Positions 1 to 9,841 are shown, numbered from the stretch's first letter. The stretch is DNA of 64,000 bases from Methanotrichaceae archaeon (GCA_963813075.1 CAWEXU010000007.1:32001-96000), one strand, 5' to 3'. Translations and numbers: made by a program. The notes: generated by a model not told the origin, from the letters alone.

Positions 1-191
1 CTGCAGACAATAAGGCTTTGAGAGCAAGCGGGCTAAGAGAAGGGGGCAGTTGCCCTCGTCGCTCGCGGGCGCAGGAGCGCGCGCCAAAGGCGGCAAGAGG
101 TCTCGGAGAATGAGAGCCGTAAGATATTCTTTGCCGAGATCTTTGAAACTTTTTCCCTATCTCTAATAAACCAATCGGAGGCTAAAATAAA

Positions 192-1659
192 ATGAGAAGA
201 ATGATACCAACCAGTGCGTTGTTTTTAATACTGGTGATGTTAGCCACAGCTGTCGGCAAGGAAGCAGAAGACAGCGGTGATCCTTTACAGTTTCCCGTGG
301 ATGATTATATTGAGAGAAATGTGACTGTGAATACCTTGAGCGACGGTGACGTAAAAGTCACTTACCGCCTATATCAGCACATCACCTATGTCGCCAATCC
401 TGTGGATACAGATTATCAGAGTATGAATGTCATGGTTCCTGTCAGGATTGATTGCGAGGATGTTGATGCCACGAATGCCCCCATCCTTTTCGTAAATTCA
501 GCTTACGGCTATAGGTCCGCCTCTGTTTGCGCCAGGGGCTTGACCAATAATAACTCCCGTCTCGCTCTGGCAGCGGGCTATGTGGTGGTCGAGTCTGGCT
601 GCCGTGGCAGTGATAATCAGTTTGAAGACGGCATTTACTATGGCAAGGCGCCTGCTGCCATCGTGGATCTGAAGGCCGCGGTTCGCTACCTTCGCCATAA
701 CGACGAGATCATGCCCGGCAATGCAGAATGGATTATCTCATCTGGCGGCAGTGCGGGAGGCGCCCTTTCCGCGCTCCTTGGAGCTTCCGGTAACAGCCAT
801 CTATATGATACATATTTGGAGGAGCTTGGTGCTGCCGAAGAGGATGATAGCATTTATGCCTGCGCCGCCTTCTGTCCGATTACCGATCTGGAACATGCCG
901 ATCTGGCTTATGAATGGGAGTTCAGAGAGACGCCTCGTCCTAACGGCGGACTGGTGAACCAGGGCCGTTCTCAGATTTTAAAAAATGCTTTTGCCGAGTA
1001 TCAGGCGTCTTTGAATCTTCAAGGTGAAATTGATTCAGAAACCATCACAGCCGACAACTATGGTGCTTATCTGGTGCAGACTTATCTGATTCCTTCCGCG
1101 AACAGTTACCTGATTAACTTGAGCGATGAAGAACGTGAAGCATATCTGGATACCAGATCCTGGATTACCTGGTCTATCACTGGCAATTCAGCCACATTTA
1201 CCTTTGAAGATTATGCCGAAAAGTCTTTATAGGGTGAAGAAACTTCCGGCTTTTGACGCCTTTAATCTGTTAGCGGTTGAGAACATTGTGTTTGGCAATG
1301 AAACGACCAATGCACGTCATTTCACAAACTACAGCATGAGGCAAACCACCGGTGACCCGAGTGCTGAGATTGACAACGACCTGAAAACGGTGGTGAACCT
1401 GATGAATCCCATGTATTTCATCTCCCAGGATTGTTGCAGCGGCTGTGCCAATTACTGGTGGATCCGCCATGGTACCAATGACACGAACACCGCGCTTTCT
1501 GTCATCACCAATCTTGCTATCATCCTGGAGAACAAAGGCAAGGATGTAAATATCTCACTTTATTGGGACGCGAGGCACTTAGCTAATGAGGATCCGGAAG
1601 ATTTCATCGCCTGGATTGGTGAAGTTACCGGTTATACACCACCAGAGCAACAGCTTTAG
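192..1659 (+). CDS. Secreted alpha/beta-hydrolase, subtype B tannase-like esterase (frameshift near 1225-1232)
   Basis: Signal peptide, KAPAAIVDLKAAVRYLR, nucleophile GGSAGG; the C-terminal WWIRHGTNDTNTAL continues in ORF 1126..1659. Confidence 0.75.
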
Positions 1660-2011
1660 AAAATTCTTCGCGTGTGCGGAGGGTCACGAATACCAGACCT
1701 TCAGGTTGGTCTCGCTAACTTGGAGAGTTAACGGGAGTTACGACGCAATCGTGACAGGATGAGGTGAACCCTCACACTTTATCCCGGCCCTGATGGTGGG
1801 GATCCAGGGCACCAGGACGGGCCCCTGGCAGGACGGAATTGCGATGCGTCCTGCCCGTGTCGTTCACAACGTGCAGGTATCAGCCCGGGCTGTTCAGGTG
1901 TTTTGTCTTTGGTAGCAGGAGGCAGGAGAGAACTGAAAACTTCGATCCAATTTACTGGTAATCGATTGGGAAATTTTACTCTAAAAACCGTTATTCCCTG
2001 AAATGATTTTA

Positions 2012-2096
2012 TGCGGGGAAAGGGATTCGAACCCTTGAACTCCTGCGAGAATAGATCTTGAGTCTATCACCGTTGGCCTGGCTTGGTTATCCCCGC
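2012..2096 (-). tRNA. tRNA-Leu(CAA)
   Basis: Reverse complement GCGGGGATAACCAAGCCAGGCCAACGGTGATAGACTCAAGATCTATTCTCGCAGGAGTTCAAGGGTTCGAATCCCTTTCCCCGCA: acceptor stem, anticodon arm ATAGA-CTCAAGA-TCTAT, long variable arm, GGTTCGAATCC T-arm; CCA not encoded. Confidence 0.97.
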
Positions 2097-2240
2097 ATAC
2101 GATCCGCTTTGATCCGATCGACTTTTAGCAGATCGAGGATAATGCAATCACCTGCTGGTTTATGAATCTTGCCATCCGCATTCCTCCTGGCCTGGGCCGA
2201 AATGGGGGCGAGGAGGCAATCACCACATAAAGCGAGCCTC

Positions 2241-2396
2241 TCAGGCATCCACATGATCGACGCAGATCCAGTGATAGTACCCGTGAATCCCTGTGCCCGT
2301 GACCTCGTCGAACTCCTCCAGCTCGCAGCCGCAGATCTGGCAGATCTCGCCATCCGGGACCTCGATCTCGGCATCATTGCATAGCACTATTACCAT
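2241..2396 (-). CDS. Small (51 aa) Zn-finger-like protein, absent from ORF track
   Basis: Hand translation MVIVLCNDAEIEVPDGEICQICGCELEEFDEVTGTGIHGYYHWICVDHVDA*, CxxC...HxxC, host-like codons. Confidence 0.75.
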   Translation of the reverse strand: MVIVLCNDAEIEVPDGEICQICGCELEEFDEVTGTGIHGYYHWICVDHVDA

Positions 2397-2850
2397 AATC
2401 GGGCTCTATATCTATCTGCAGGGGCCATGAAGCTTTCGGGCGGCTCCTTGAGCACGGGACGTATCATCCTTATAGAATTCATAGGATTATTATATTCGCG
2501 TAGGGCAGGACAGGCAGCTTGAGCAGCGCTGGCAGCAACAATAAGAAGCATCTGCAGTCTCAAAAGAGCGTGGGATCTCGTGCGGGCGATAGCGGTGCGC
2601 AATTGATCATCCCGGCCCAATTGGAGCATATTTGCTCAGAGCAACAATTGCTTCATACTCTCATGATGTGCATCATTTATGTACCTGCCGGGATTAAAAG
2701 GCGTGGCCTCCAGCCCGCCTGGCGAATACTACATTAATTATAAAATTTTGAGGGCAATCTGTCCTTATAAATGAATCTCATATTGCCTTTTCATTCTACA
2801 TCCGAGAAAATTAGTATCATTGCCGCCCAAACCCTTCAACGGCCTGTCAC

Positions 2851-2953
2851 GATTGTATCCAAGCCTCCCCGGCGTTGAGGGGGCCAGGGCATAGCGCGGG
2901 AGGCCAGCAGGCCGACTCGCGGCGTGCACAAAAAAAAAACAGTCTATGTAGAT
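2851..2953. repeat. Dispersed structured repeat, copy A
   Basis: First 33 bp identical to 38867-38899; shares ggccgactcgcggcg with copy B; A-run near the end. Confidence 0.85.
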
Positions 2954-3112
2954 CAATACTTAGCCTTGATAACAGCCTGGATTCAGGAACTCAACTATGC
3001 TGACGTTTGAGAGCCTTCGAGCCTCTCAAAAGCAGTTCAAACTTTCATCTGGGCCCGCCTGGCGAATTTTCGCTTTAATATATCTCAATGCAAAAACCGA
3101 TCAACTGAAATT

Positions 3113-3198
3113 CCGATCTCTCTGGCTTTGAGGGGCCCCGTTACCTGTCGCCCGAAGGGCCGACTCGCGGCGCCCACTGAAAATCAGCTCGCACGAAT
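3113..3198. repeat. Dispersed structured repeat, copy B (diverged)
   Basis: ggc-tttgagggg...gcccgaagggccgactcgcggcgcccactgaaaa aligns to copies A and C. Confidence 0.7.
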
Positions 3199-3761
3199 AG
3201 ACCAATTCCCTCTGAATCTCTTCGAGGTCTAACCATCCCGGACCTAATCTGGGACCACTATCGGGATCTTTTAGCTTGACCAGGATATCGATACCATTTT
3301 CCGGCGTCTATTCCCCTCTGGCAAAGGAGCCGAATACAGCAATTCGTTTGACATAAGACCAAAGAATGGACAATGCTAAAAAAAATTGAATTAAGTTTGG
3401 CCACCACAGTGCATGTCACCGCCGCTTGGCCTGCTAGAAACAATATGGCAGCAGTGAAAGGAAAACAGGCGGATCGTCTTGGTTGTATCGGGTGGTTACA
3501 GGAGCGATACATACATGGATAGCTGTCTCGCCTATAGTCTCACCTCATTAATATATTGTATCTATTGCTATTTCAACTTATTCCTCTGGTGGTATATCTC
3601 CAAGGCCAAAAGAGGATAAAGAGAGAATAAGATATGGAACGAGGGTGGTAAGGAGATGGGAACGGGAGGGTAAGGAGAGGTAAAAGATAGTAAGGCAAAA
3701 GAGAGCAAGGAGTGGGCCACGGATACTTCATCCTCCTCGATGGCCTCAACCCTTTTCATCT

Positions 3762-4196
3762 TCAAAAAACGAGGATCTTTATCCCCATCACCGTGGCGGT
3801 CACAATGCTGGCCGCGATTAGAATTCCTGTCGCCACGGCGGCAAACGCGGGCAGGAATCTGAACCCCAGGAGAAAGGCAATAGCACAGCCCGTCCAGGCC
3901 CCGGTCATGGGAAGGGGCACGGCCACAAAGACGGTCAGGGCGACCAATCCGAAATTCTCATGCTTCTGGATGGACTTATTGCGGGTGCGGGCGAACAGCC
4001 AGGTGAAGAACCTATCGCCGATAGTATAACGCCGCAAGTAATCGGATACTGGACCCAGGAATAAAAGCAGAGGAACTACTGGCAGCAGGTTTCCCAGGAC
4101 GGATATGAGAAATGCCTGATCCCATGAGTATCCGTAATATCCAATGGCCAGCGGTATGGCTCCCCGGACCTCGGAGACTGGAAGAGCGGCTACCAC
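3762..4196 (-). CDS. Small multidrug export-type membrane protein (COG2426-like)
   Basis: LPVSEVRGAIPLA and FVAVPLPMTGAWTG motifs; start may lie slightly upstream. Confidence 0.85.
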   Translation of the reverse strand: MVAALPVSEVRGAIPLAIGYYGYSWDQAFLISVLGNLLPVVPLLLFLGPVSDYLRRYTIGDRFFTWLFARTRNKSIQKHENFGLVALTVFVAVPLPMTGAWTGCAIAFLLGFRFLPAFAAVATGILIAASIVTATVMGIKILVF

Positions 4197-4236
4197 GAGA
4201 GTGACCAGCCATGAGGGGACTATAGGAATGATTATC

Positions 4237-4677
4237 TTACTCTCCTATGGTTCCTTTAATCTCCACCTTGAAGACGGTCTCCTGGGTGGGTGAGGACACA
4301 GATATAGTCAGGTCCACGGGGATCTTCCCCAGAGCGATGGAAAGGGGGGCATCCGAGTTGGCGACATTCACCTTCACTCCTTCGGATAGCCGGGTGAGAG
4401 CGCCGATAATGGATCCGAAGTCTACCGTCTGGGCGACCTCTTTGAGGTCCGGGACCACAGTGATTGGAGCCAGCTTGATGGGCTCGATAGAAATTGGATT
4501 TTGAGAGTCGCCAGATATCCGGGCGGATATGGGGCTGGCTCCGTCTCCTGCCACCTGAACGCTCAGCGCCCCGTCCTTTCCAGAGCCCTTGACCTTGGCC
4601 ACTATGGGATGCTTTTCCAGGTCCTCTGATCCCTGAACAATAGCCTTTACATCAGCATCTGCTTTGAAGATCACCAT
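4237..4677 (-). CDS. Hypothetical protein, Val/Ile/Gly-rich
   Basis: ORF with host-like codons, probable start MVIFKADAD. Confidence 0.65.
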   Translation of the reverse strand: MVIFKADADVKAIVQGSEDLEKHPIVAKVKGSGKDGALSVQVAGDGASPISARISGDSQNPISIEPIKLAPITVVPDLKEVAQTVDFGSIIGALTRLSEGVKVNVANSDAPLSIALGKIPVDLTISVSSPTQETVFKVEIKGTIGE

Positions 4678-4781
4678 TGTATCACGGGAAGTGATTGGAT
4701 TTTCTCCAATATAAAGGTGGCATAGTAAAGGTGACATAGGCCAGGAGGCGAAAGACTGATATCATATGCGGCAGTACTGCC

Positions 4782-5848
4782 TTGCTGATGGTTGAAGTAG
4801 GATATTTACACATTGATAATCCCATTGCCGTTATCTCTTCTCATAACCGTCCGGAGACTGACAATCTAGCCGGTTTAATCCTGCTGGATGGCTTTGACCT
4901 CGATGTCGTCAGTCCTTCCCAGATCCAATCCCGTCTGACCGATGTGAAGCAAAGGCTTTTGGAAGGGAGTCAGGGCAGGGCAAATATCCCAGATACATAC
5001 ATGATAGGCAGAGCGCTAAAAGCGAAAAGGCAGGAGAATCAGGCCGTACTGCAGCCCTGGGCCTGTGTGCAACCTGCTCAGAGGACGAGCCCCTGCTGGA
5101 GGCGGCGAGAATAGCTGCCCAGAACCTCTGTCTGCTTGAGCTGAAGATGTCAAGCATTCGGGACCCAATCAGGCTGCTGGAACTGATACCTCTTTTGAAG
5201 CGCTCCGGAGTCACCCTATCCCTCAGAATCAGGCCAGAGGATTTATCCAATACTCTACTCGAAAAGCTCAACGAGAGCGAGCTGGACCTGATTCACCTCG
5301 ACCTGCGTGGCCTGAACGGAGTCAGCCCGAAATTGGTCAAGAAGGCAGCCGATGTTCGCGGTCCGGCGATAATGGCCCTGGCGGATGTGGGAGACTTCGA
5401 GGATGCCAGAAACCTCCTGGCCATGGGGGCAGAAATTGTATCTCTGCGCGGAGCGGATCCTGAGTTCGTCCAGTGGCTCTCCGGGGCGATGATAGAGTAT
5501 GATTCCCTGAGCGGCTGGTGCAATGCTCCCAAGCATATCTGCGCCGGCGGAGACCTGCGCGGCCTGACCTTCTGCTGTCCTCCGGTCAAAAACTGCGCGG
5601 TTTTCGGCGCCCTGAAAAGAGCAGGCCTCACTCCGGAGGAGTTTGTGAACCGGAAGATCGCTGCTGCCAAAGGCACTCCTCTGGAGAAGGGAGAGGGCAC
5701 CTGCTTTGGAAGCCTGGTCTGGTGCTGCAAGATCAGCAAGCCCTGCTACCTGCGGGAAGAGGCTCTGGCCAGGGCAAGTCTATCGGAAAAGGAGTACATG
5801 GAACTGAAAAAGAAGCTGGCAGAGAAGATCCTGCCCAAGATCCACTGA
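4782..5848 (+). CDS. Methanogenesis marker 9 domain protein (frameshift near 5050-5100)
   Basis: C-terminal HICAGGDLRGLTFCCPPVKNC...TCFGSLVWCCKISKPC; N-terminus in ORF 4782..5114. Confidence 0.85.
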
Positions 5849-5854
5849 TCGCTT

Positions 5855-6778
5855 ATGAGTGAATCCGGGGACAGAATCGGCCAGGTATCTGTTGAGTTAT
5901 CAGATCGAGTGGCCCAATGCGCAGTTCTGGCCATGCTCTTCGAGCTGTCCTCCAGCCCCAAGCCTGGAAATGTCGATCGCTGCCACGATTTTTCTGATAT
6001 CGGTTTTCATCACTTCCTGACCAGCGCAGTCTCTGCTTATCCCGTCTTCAGGAAGGCGGCGAGGGGCGAAGGGAGCCCCGGCTCGCTTATCCTGGAAGGG
6101 GTGCAGGCCTGGGAGGACTGGAACCTTAGGAGCAACACTCACTTCGGCTCCCTGGTGCTCATGATCCCTATCGCCCTGGCTGCTGGACAGGCGGCAGTTC
6201 ATGAACAGGCGGATGAGCCTGGCGATGGGCCGGATGACCGGCTTGAGGAGGAGCTGGCCAGGGTGCTGAGGAGCACCACCGTCCAGGATGCGAAAGAATT
6301 CTATCGGGCTTTTGATCTGGCGGGGGCGAGAGTGGTGCAGGTGGATGAGTTCAGCCTGAAGGATCCGGATTGGGAAAAGAAGCTGATTGAAGGCAACCGA
6401 TCGCTTCTCGATCTGATGGGGCTTTCGGTGGATCATGATATTGTGGCTCGCGAATGGGCCACGGACTATGAGCGATCATTCATGCTATCCAGAAGGATGC
6501 AGGAGATGATATCCATACACGGCCTCAATGATGGTGTGGTCAGGGTCTTTCTTGAAGCCCTGGCCCAGGTGCCTGACAGCCTTATTTCCGCCAAGTTCGG
6601 AAGGGAAAAAGCTTTGCAGGTCTCCCGCCGGGCAGCGGAAGCGCTTCTTGATCCGACCCTGGATAAAGCCCGGCAGATGGACATAGACCTCTTGGAAGGG
6701 GATATTAATCCCGGCTCCACCGCAGACCTGATTGCGGCATCTTTATTTATCTCCCTTCTGAGGAACTTGCGGTTTTGA
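5855..6778 (+). CDS. citG: Triphosphoribosyl-dephospho-CoA synthase (CitG family)
   Basis: PKPGNVDR, NTHFG and NPGSTADL motifs. Confidence 0.88.
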   Translation: MSESGDRIGQVSVELSDRVAQCAVLAMLFELSSSPKPGNVDRCHDFSDIGFHHFLTSAVSAYPVFRKAARGEGSPGSLILEGVQAWEDWNLRSNTHFGSLVLMIPIALAAGQAAVHEQADEPGDGPDDRLEEELARVLRSTTVQDAKEFYRAFDLAGARVVQVDEFSLKDPDWEKKLIEGNRSLLDLMGLSVDHDIVAREWATDYERSFMLSRRMQEMISIHGLNDGVVRVFLEALAQVPDSLISAKFGREKALQVSRRAAEALLDPTLDKARQMDIDLLEGDINPGSTADLIAASLFISLLRNLRF

Positions 6779-7373
6779 TCATGTTCTATGGCAAAGAGGC
6801 TCTGGATGAGCTGGGAATATTAGAGGGCATAAACGAGGTAATTGCCACCACAGAGACCGACGGCAGAATTAATGCTGCTCCTATGGGCATAATCAGGAGT
6901 GAGGACCGCCTGTATATGCGTCTGTTTTTAGGGACTCACACCTATGAGAATATCCTCACCAGGAAATGGTTTGTGGCCAATGTCACCCACGATGCCTGGA
7001 TCTTCGCGGAGACCGCTTTGGAGGACCTGCCCCCGGAGTACTTCACCCATAGCGATGGCCTGCCGATCTTGAAGGATACCGAGGCCTGGCTGCTATTCGA
7101 ATGCGATCCCTTCGCCTCGGATATCATAATCGCCAATATCGAGCCGGTGAAAGGGGAGCTATTGAGAAAGGACTTTCGGGCCATCAACCGGGGGCTAATC
7201 TGGTGATAGAAGCAGCGGTGGCAGCAACCCGCTATATGTCTTTGCGTTCTGATTCCTATTTTGAGGAGCTGATAAAGACCCAGAGGATAATCAATCGCTG
7301 TGGCAACTCCAGGGAGATAGAGGCGATGGAAAGGCTGATGGACCGGATCGACGATTTCGCCCATAAGAGATAG
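6775..7373 (+). CDS. DUF447 family protein (frameshift in G-run near 7190)
   Basis: EVIATT..NAAPMGI..THTYEN; RAINRG continues as ANLVIEAAVAATR in ORF 7101..7373. Confidence 0.8.
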
Positions 7374-7442
7374 GCAATTGAGCGATATGCAATTGAGCGA
7401 TATGCAATTGAGCGATATGCAATTGATGGATATGCAACTTGA
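7374..7442. repeat. 15-bp tandem repeat (gcaattgagcgatat) x3 plus 2 degenerate copies
   Basis: Seen directly between the DUF447 stop and radB. Confidence 0.9.
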
Positions 7443-8119
7443 TTTCTATGAGCATGCTTGAGCGACTGCCTGTAGGCTGCCAGAGCCTGGACCTCCTTTT
7501 GGGCGGGGGATTTGAGTCGGGCATAATAACTGAGCTTTATGGTGAGTCTGGCTCAGGGAAGAGCAACATCGTCCTGCAGCTGGCGGTGGCCGCGGTGGCT
7601 CGAGGATATCGAGTGATCTTCATCGATACTGAAGGATTCTCCGCGGAGAGGTTCAAGCAGATTGCCGGACCGGGTGCGGCAGAGATGGCGGCCAAGATCA
7701 TGATCTTTGAGCCCATGAGCCTCGAGCAGCAGGCGATGGCCATCAGGGAGGCATCCAAGATCGCCGGCAGGGACCTGGGGCTGGTTGTTCTCGATTCGGC
7801 GACGTCGCTTTACCGCATGCTCCTGGAGGCGGAGGACAGCAGGCCTGCCCGTCGAGCTCTGACCGTCCAGCTCTCAGAGCTGCAGGAGATCGCCCGGAGG
7901 CACAGGATTCCTGTGGTCATAACCAATCAGGTCTATACCGATATCGAAGCCAATACCCTGCGACCATTGGGCGGGACGTATCTGGAGCACATGTGCAAAG
8001 CGATAATCTTTCTGGAGAAGACCGGAGAAGGCCTGCGGCGCGCCCGGCTGATGAAGCACCGCTCCTTGCCGGAAGGAGGATTGGCGGAGTTCAGGCTGAC
8101 CGCTCGGGGTCTGGAGTGA
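7439..8119 (+). CDS. radB: DNA repair and recombination protein RadB
   Basis: Walker A GESGSGKS, FIDTEGFS, VITNQV, KHRS motif. Confidence 0.93.
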   Translation: MISMSMLERLPVGCQSLDLLLGGGFESGIITELYGESGSGKSNIVLQLAVAAVARGYRVIFIDTEGFSAERFKQIAGPGAAEMAAKIMIFEPMSLEQQAMAIREASKIAGRDLGLVVLDSATSLYRMLLEAEDSRPARRALTVQLSELQEIARRHRIPVVITNQVYTDIEANTLRPLGGTYLEHMCKAIIFLEKTGEGLRRARLMKHRSLPEGGLAEFRLTARGLE

Positions 8120-8155
8120 TTGTGCCAGCCGCTTTTGGCTGCGTTCAATGATTCC

Positions 8156-8224
8156 TTAGAGACGCGCACTCTTCTTAGAGACGAGCATTCTTCTTAGAGA
8201 CGGGCATTCTTCTTAGAGACGGGC
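8156..8224. repeat. 19-bp tandem repeat (ttagagacgggcattcttc) incorporating the rimI stop codon
   Basis: Units at 8156, 8175, 8194 and a partial unit at 8213. Confidence 0.9.
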
Positions 8225-8713
8225 TTTCATGATGAAGGCCGCCTCCCCATCGGTGTAGTAAGAGGGCCAGATGGCCAGCATCTGGAATCCCAGGTTTGCG
8301 TAAAGAGACTGGGCCTTTCTGTTGCTTACTCTGACCTCCAGGGTGGCACCCAATGCCCCCATATTGCGGAATGCCTTGAGGATGGCGAGCATCAGCCTCA
8401 TGCCTATCCCCCGGCCCTGGTACCGCGGCCTTATTGCCAGCCAGAAGACCCGGCCCTCGAAGGGAGCATGCTTGAATCCCAGGATGAAGCCCGCCAGCTC
8501 TCCGTTAACCTCCGCGGCAAGGGTGGTGGCAGGGTGGTACTCGTAAAAAGCGGCGAATATGTTCGGGTCATAGCCTCCAAAGACCTCTCTATCGATATCT
8601 AAAGCTGCCTCCAGGTCCTGGGCCTTCATCCTCCTGATGATCACCGCATCCTTGAGGGCCGCCTCGTCAATGCCGTCCTCATATTTTTTTTCGATCTGCT
8701 CCTCGGGCCACAT
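8213..8713 (-). CDS. rimI: GNAT N-acetyltransferase, RimI/Ard1-like
   Basis: QGRGIG acetyl-CoA motif, LEVRVSN..A..LY...GF, YYTDGEAA. Confidence 0.85.
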   Translation of the reverse strand: MWPEEQIEKKYEDGIDEAALKDAVIIRRMKAQDLEAALDIDREVFGGYDPNIFAAFYEYHPATTLAAEVNGELAGFILGFKHAPFEGRVFWLAIRPRYQGRGIGMRLMLAILKAFRNMGALGATLEVRVSNRKAQSLYANLGFQMLAIWPSYYTDGEAAFIMKARL

Positions 8714-8761
8714 TCTATATTTGCCTGGGATTTTTCAACGGAAATAGTTTATCCGCTAGAA

Positions 8762-9742
8762 TTATCTTTTGAGCAGCTTCTCCATGCGGTTCATGCTTTC
8801 CGTTGCACCTTGTTTCATTCCCGTGCTGAACATGCCATCGCGGTCCTCTCTGCTCTGGAAGAGTTCAGAGATCGTCAACCTCGTCTTGCCGTTAAACTCT
8901 TGGAAGGTCGAGGTCTCAATCAGTACGTGTCCGGGCATGCCTTCAAATTCGAATGTATGAGACTCCCTCTCCGGCGGTACGACCTCTCGATAAACTCCCT
9001 TAAAGACGTATTCGTTGCCCTCATTATCTCTCTGGACGAAACGCCACTCTCCCCCAGGCCTCATATCCATTTTTTCCACCCTGGTCGTATAGCTCTCCGG
9101 TCCCCACCACAGGGGAATAAGATCCGGATCTGTGCTCGCCTGGAAGACCCGCTCTCGCGGGGCATCAAAGAAGCGGGTTACTACGACCTCCCGATCAGAA
9201 GGAAAATCAAACGCTGGGACATTCTCCCCGGACTCTACAGAAATTGTAGATTTTTCCTTATCAAGGTAGCTGGCAAGCTTATCGAAGGATTCATTCCAGC
9301 CTTGCCTTGCACCCTCTCTCTCCACTCCCACCGGCATGCCGGAATGTCTCAGGGTTAGCCTTGTTTGACCATCATGCTCTTCGAGCAATAACGTTATCCT
9401 CATTTCCAGAGGGAAATCCCCGCTCATCCCGTAGTAGGAGGCGGGGACGATGTTGCCCGATTCATCTGCGAATGAGTCCGTCAATACCAGTCGCTCGAAA
9501 GGAACGATTTCCAGATATGTGCCTTTGCCGCAATAGTCCTTCCCGTCGGGCGATCGCATGCAACTGAAGGATTCACCGCCCACGCGCAGATCCACCGAAT
9601 AGACTGGTGTGGTAAAATCTTTCGGCCCCCACCATATCATGATATGCTCGGGTTGGGTCCAGGCCTTCCATACGAGCTCACGGGGGGCATCGATTATGCG
9701 CGTTATGACCAGATCTGATGTATTTTCGCCTTTCATTGTCAT
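8762..9742 (-). CDS. Tandem SRPBCC (AHSA1-like) domain protein
   Basis: Two repeats of TR..DAPRE.V..A.T.P....WWGP. Confidence 0.9.
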   Translation of the reverse strand: MTMKGENTSDLVITRIIDAPRELVWKAWTQPEHIMIWWGPKDFTTPVYSVDLRVGGESFSCMRSPDGKDYCGKGTYLEIVPFERLVLTDSFADESGNIVPASYYGMSGDFPLEMRITLLLEEHDGQTRLTLRHSGMPVGVEREGARQGWNESFDKLASYLDKEKSTISVESGENVPAFDFPSDREVVVTRFFDAPRERVFQASTDPDLIPLWWGPESYTTRVEKMDMRPGGEWRFVQRDNEGNEYVFKGVYREVVPPERESHTFEFEGMPGHVLIETSTFQEFNGKTRLTISELFQSREDRDGMFSTGMKQGATESMNRMEKLLKR

Positions 9743-9841
9743 TCACCAATATCAATACTATCAGGGCTTGACAGTCAATTAATTTATGACACAAAAAACG
9801 AATTCATAGCACGAAGTGTAAACAATTTAAAATCGATAATT

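Noticed and set aside
1674..1930. Group II intron 5' end (GTGCG)
   Set aside because: No domain V/VI or RT ORF visible; a 5-mer is expected by chance
2390..2737. Short ORFs, including a Cys-rich frame (YCCCQRCSSCLSC) on the minus strand
   Set aside because: The Cys-rich frame has no start codon after an in-frame TGA; the others lack motifs or an SD
2834..2930. HDV-like ribozyme reading of repeat copy A (GCC-UCCCC-GGC, cttcaac/gttgagg)
   Set aside because: No purine at +1, L3 is too short, no P2 partner for tatccaa, and the putative P1 strand is not evident in copy C
3568..3765. 65-aa minus-strand ORF after the COG2426 gene
   Set aside because: Low-complexity purine/pyrimidine-skewed sequence, likely non-coding
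7374..8224. CRISPR array
   Set aside because: Repeats are contiguous 15-19-mers without spacers; the Cas4-like gene has no cas neighbours
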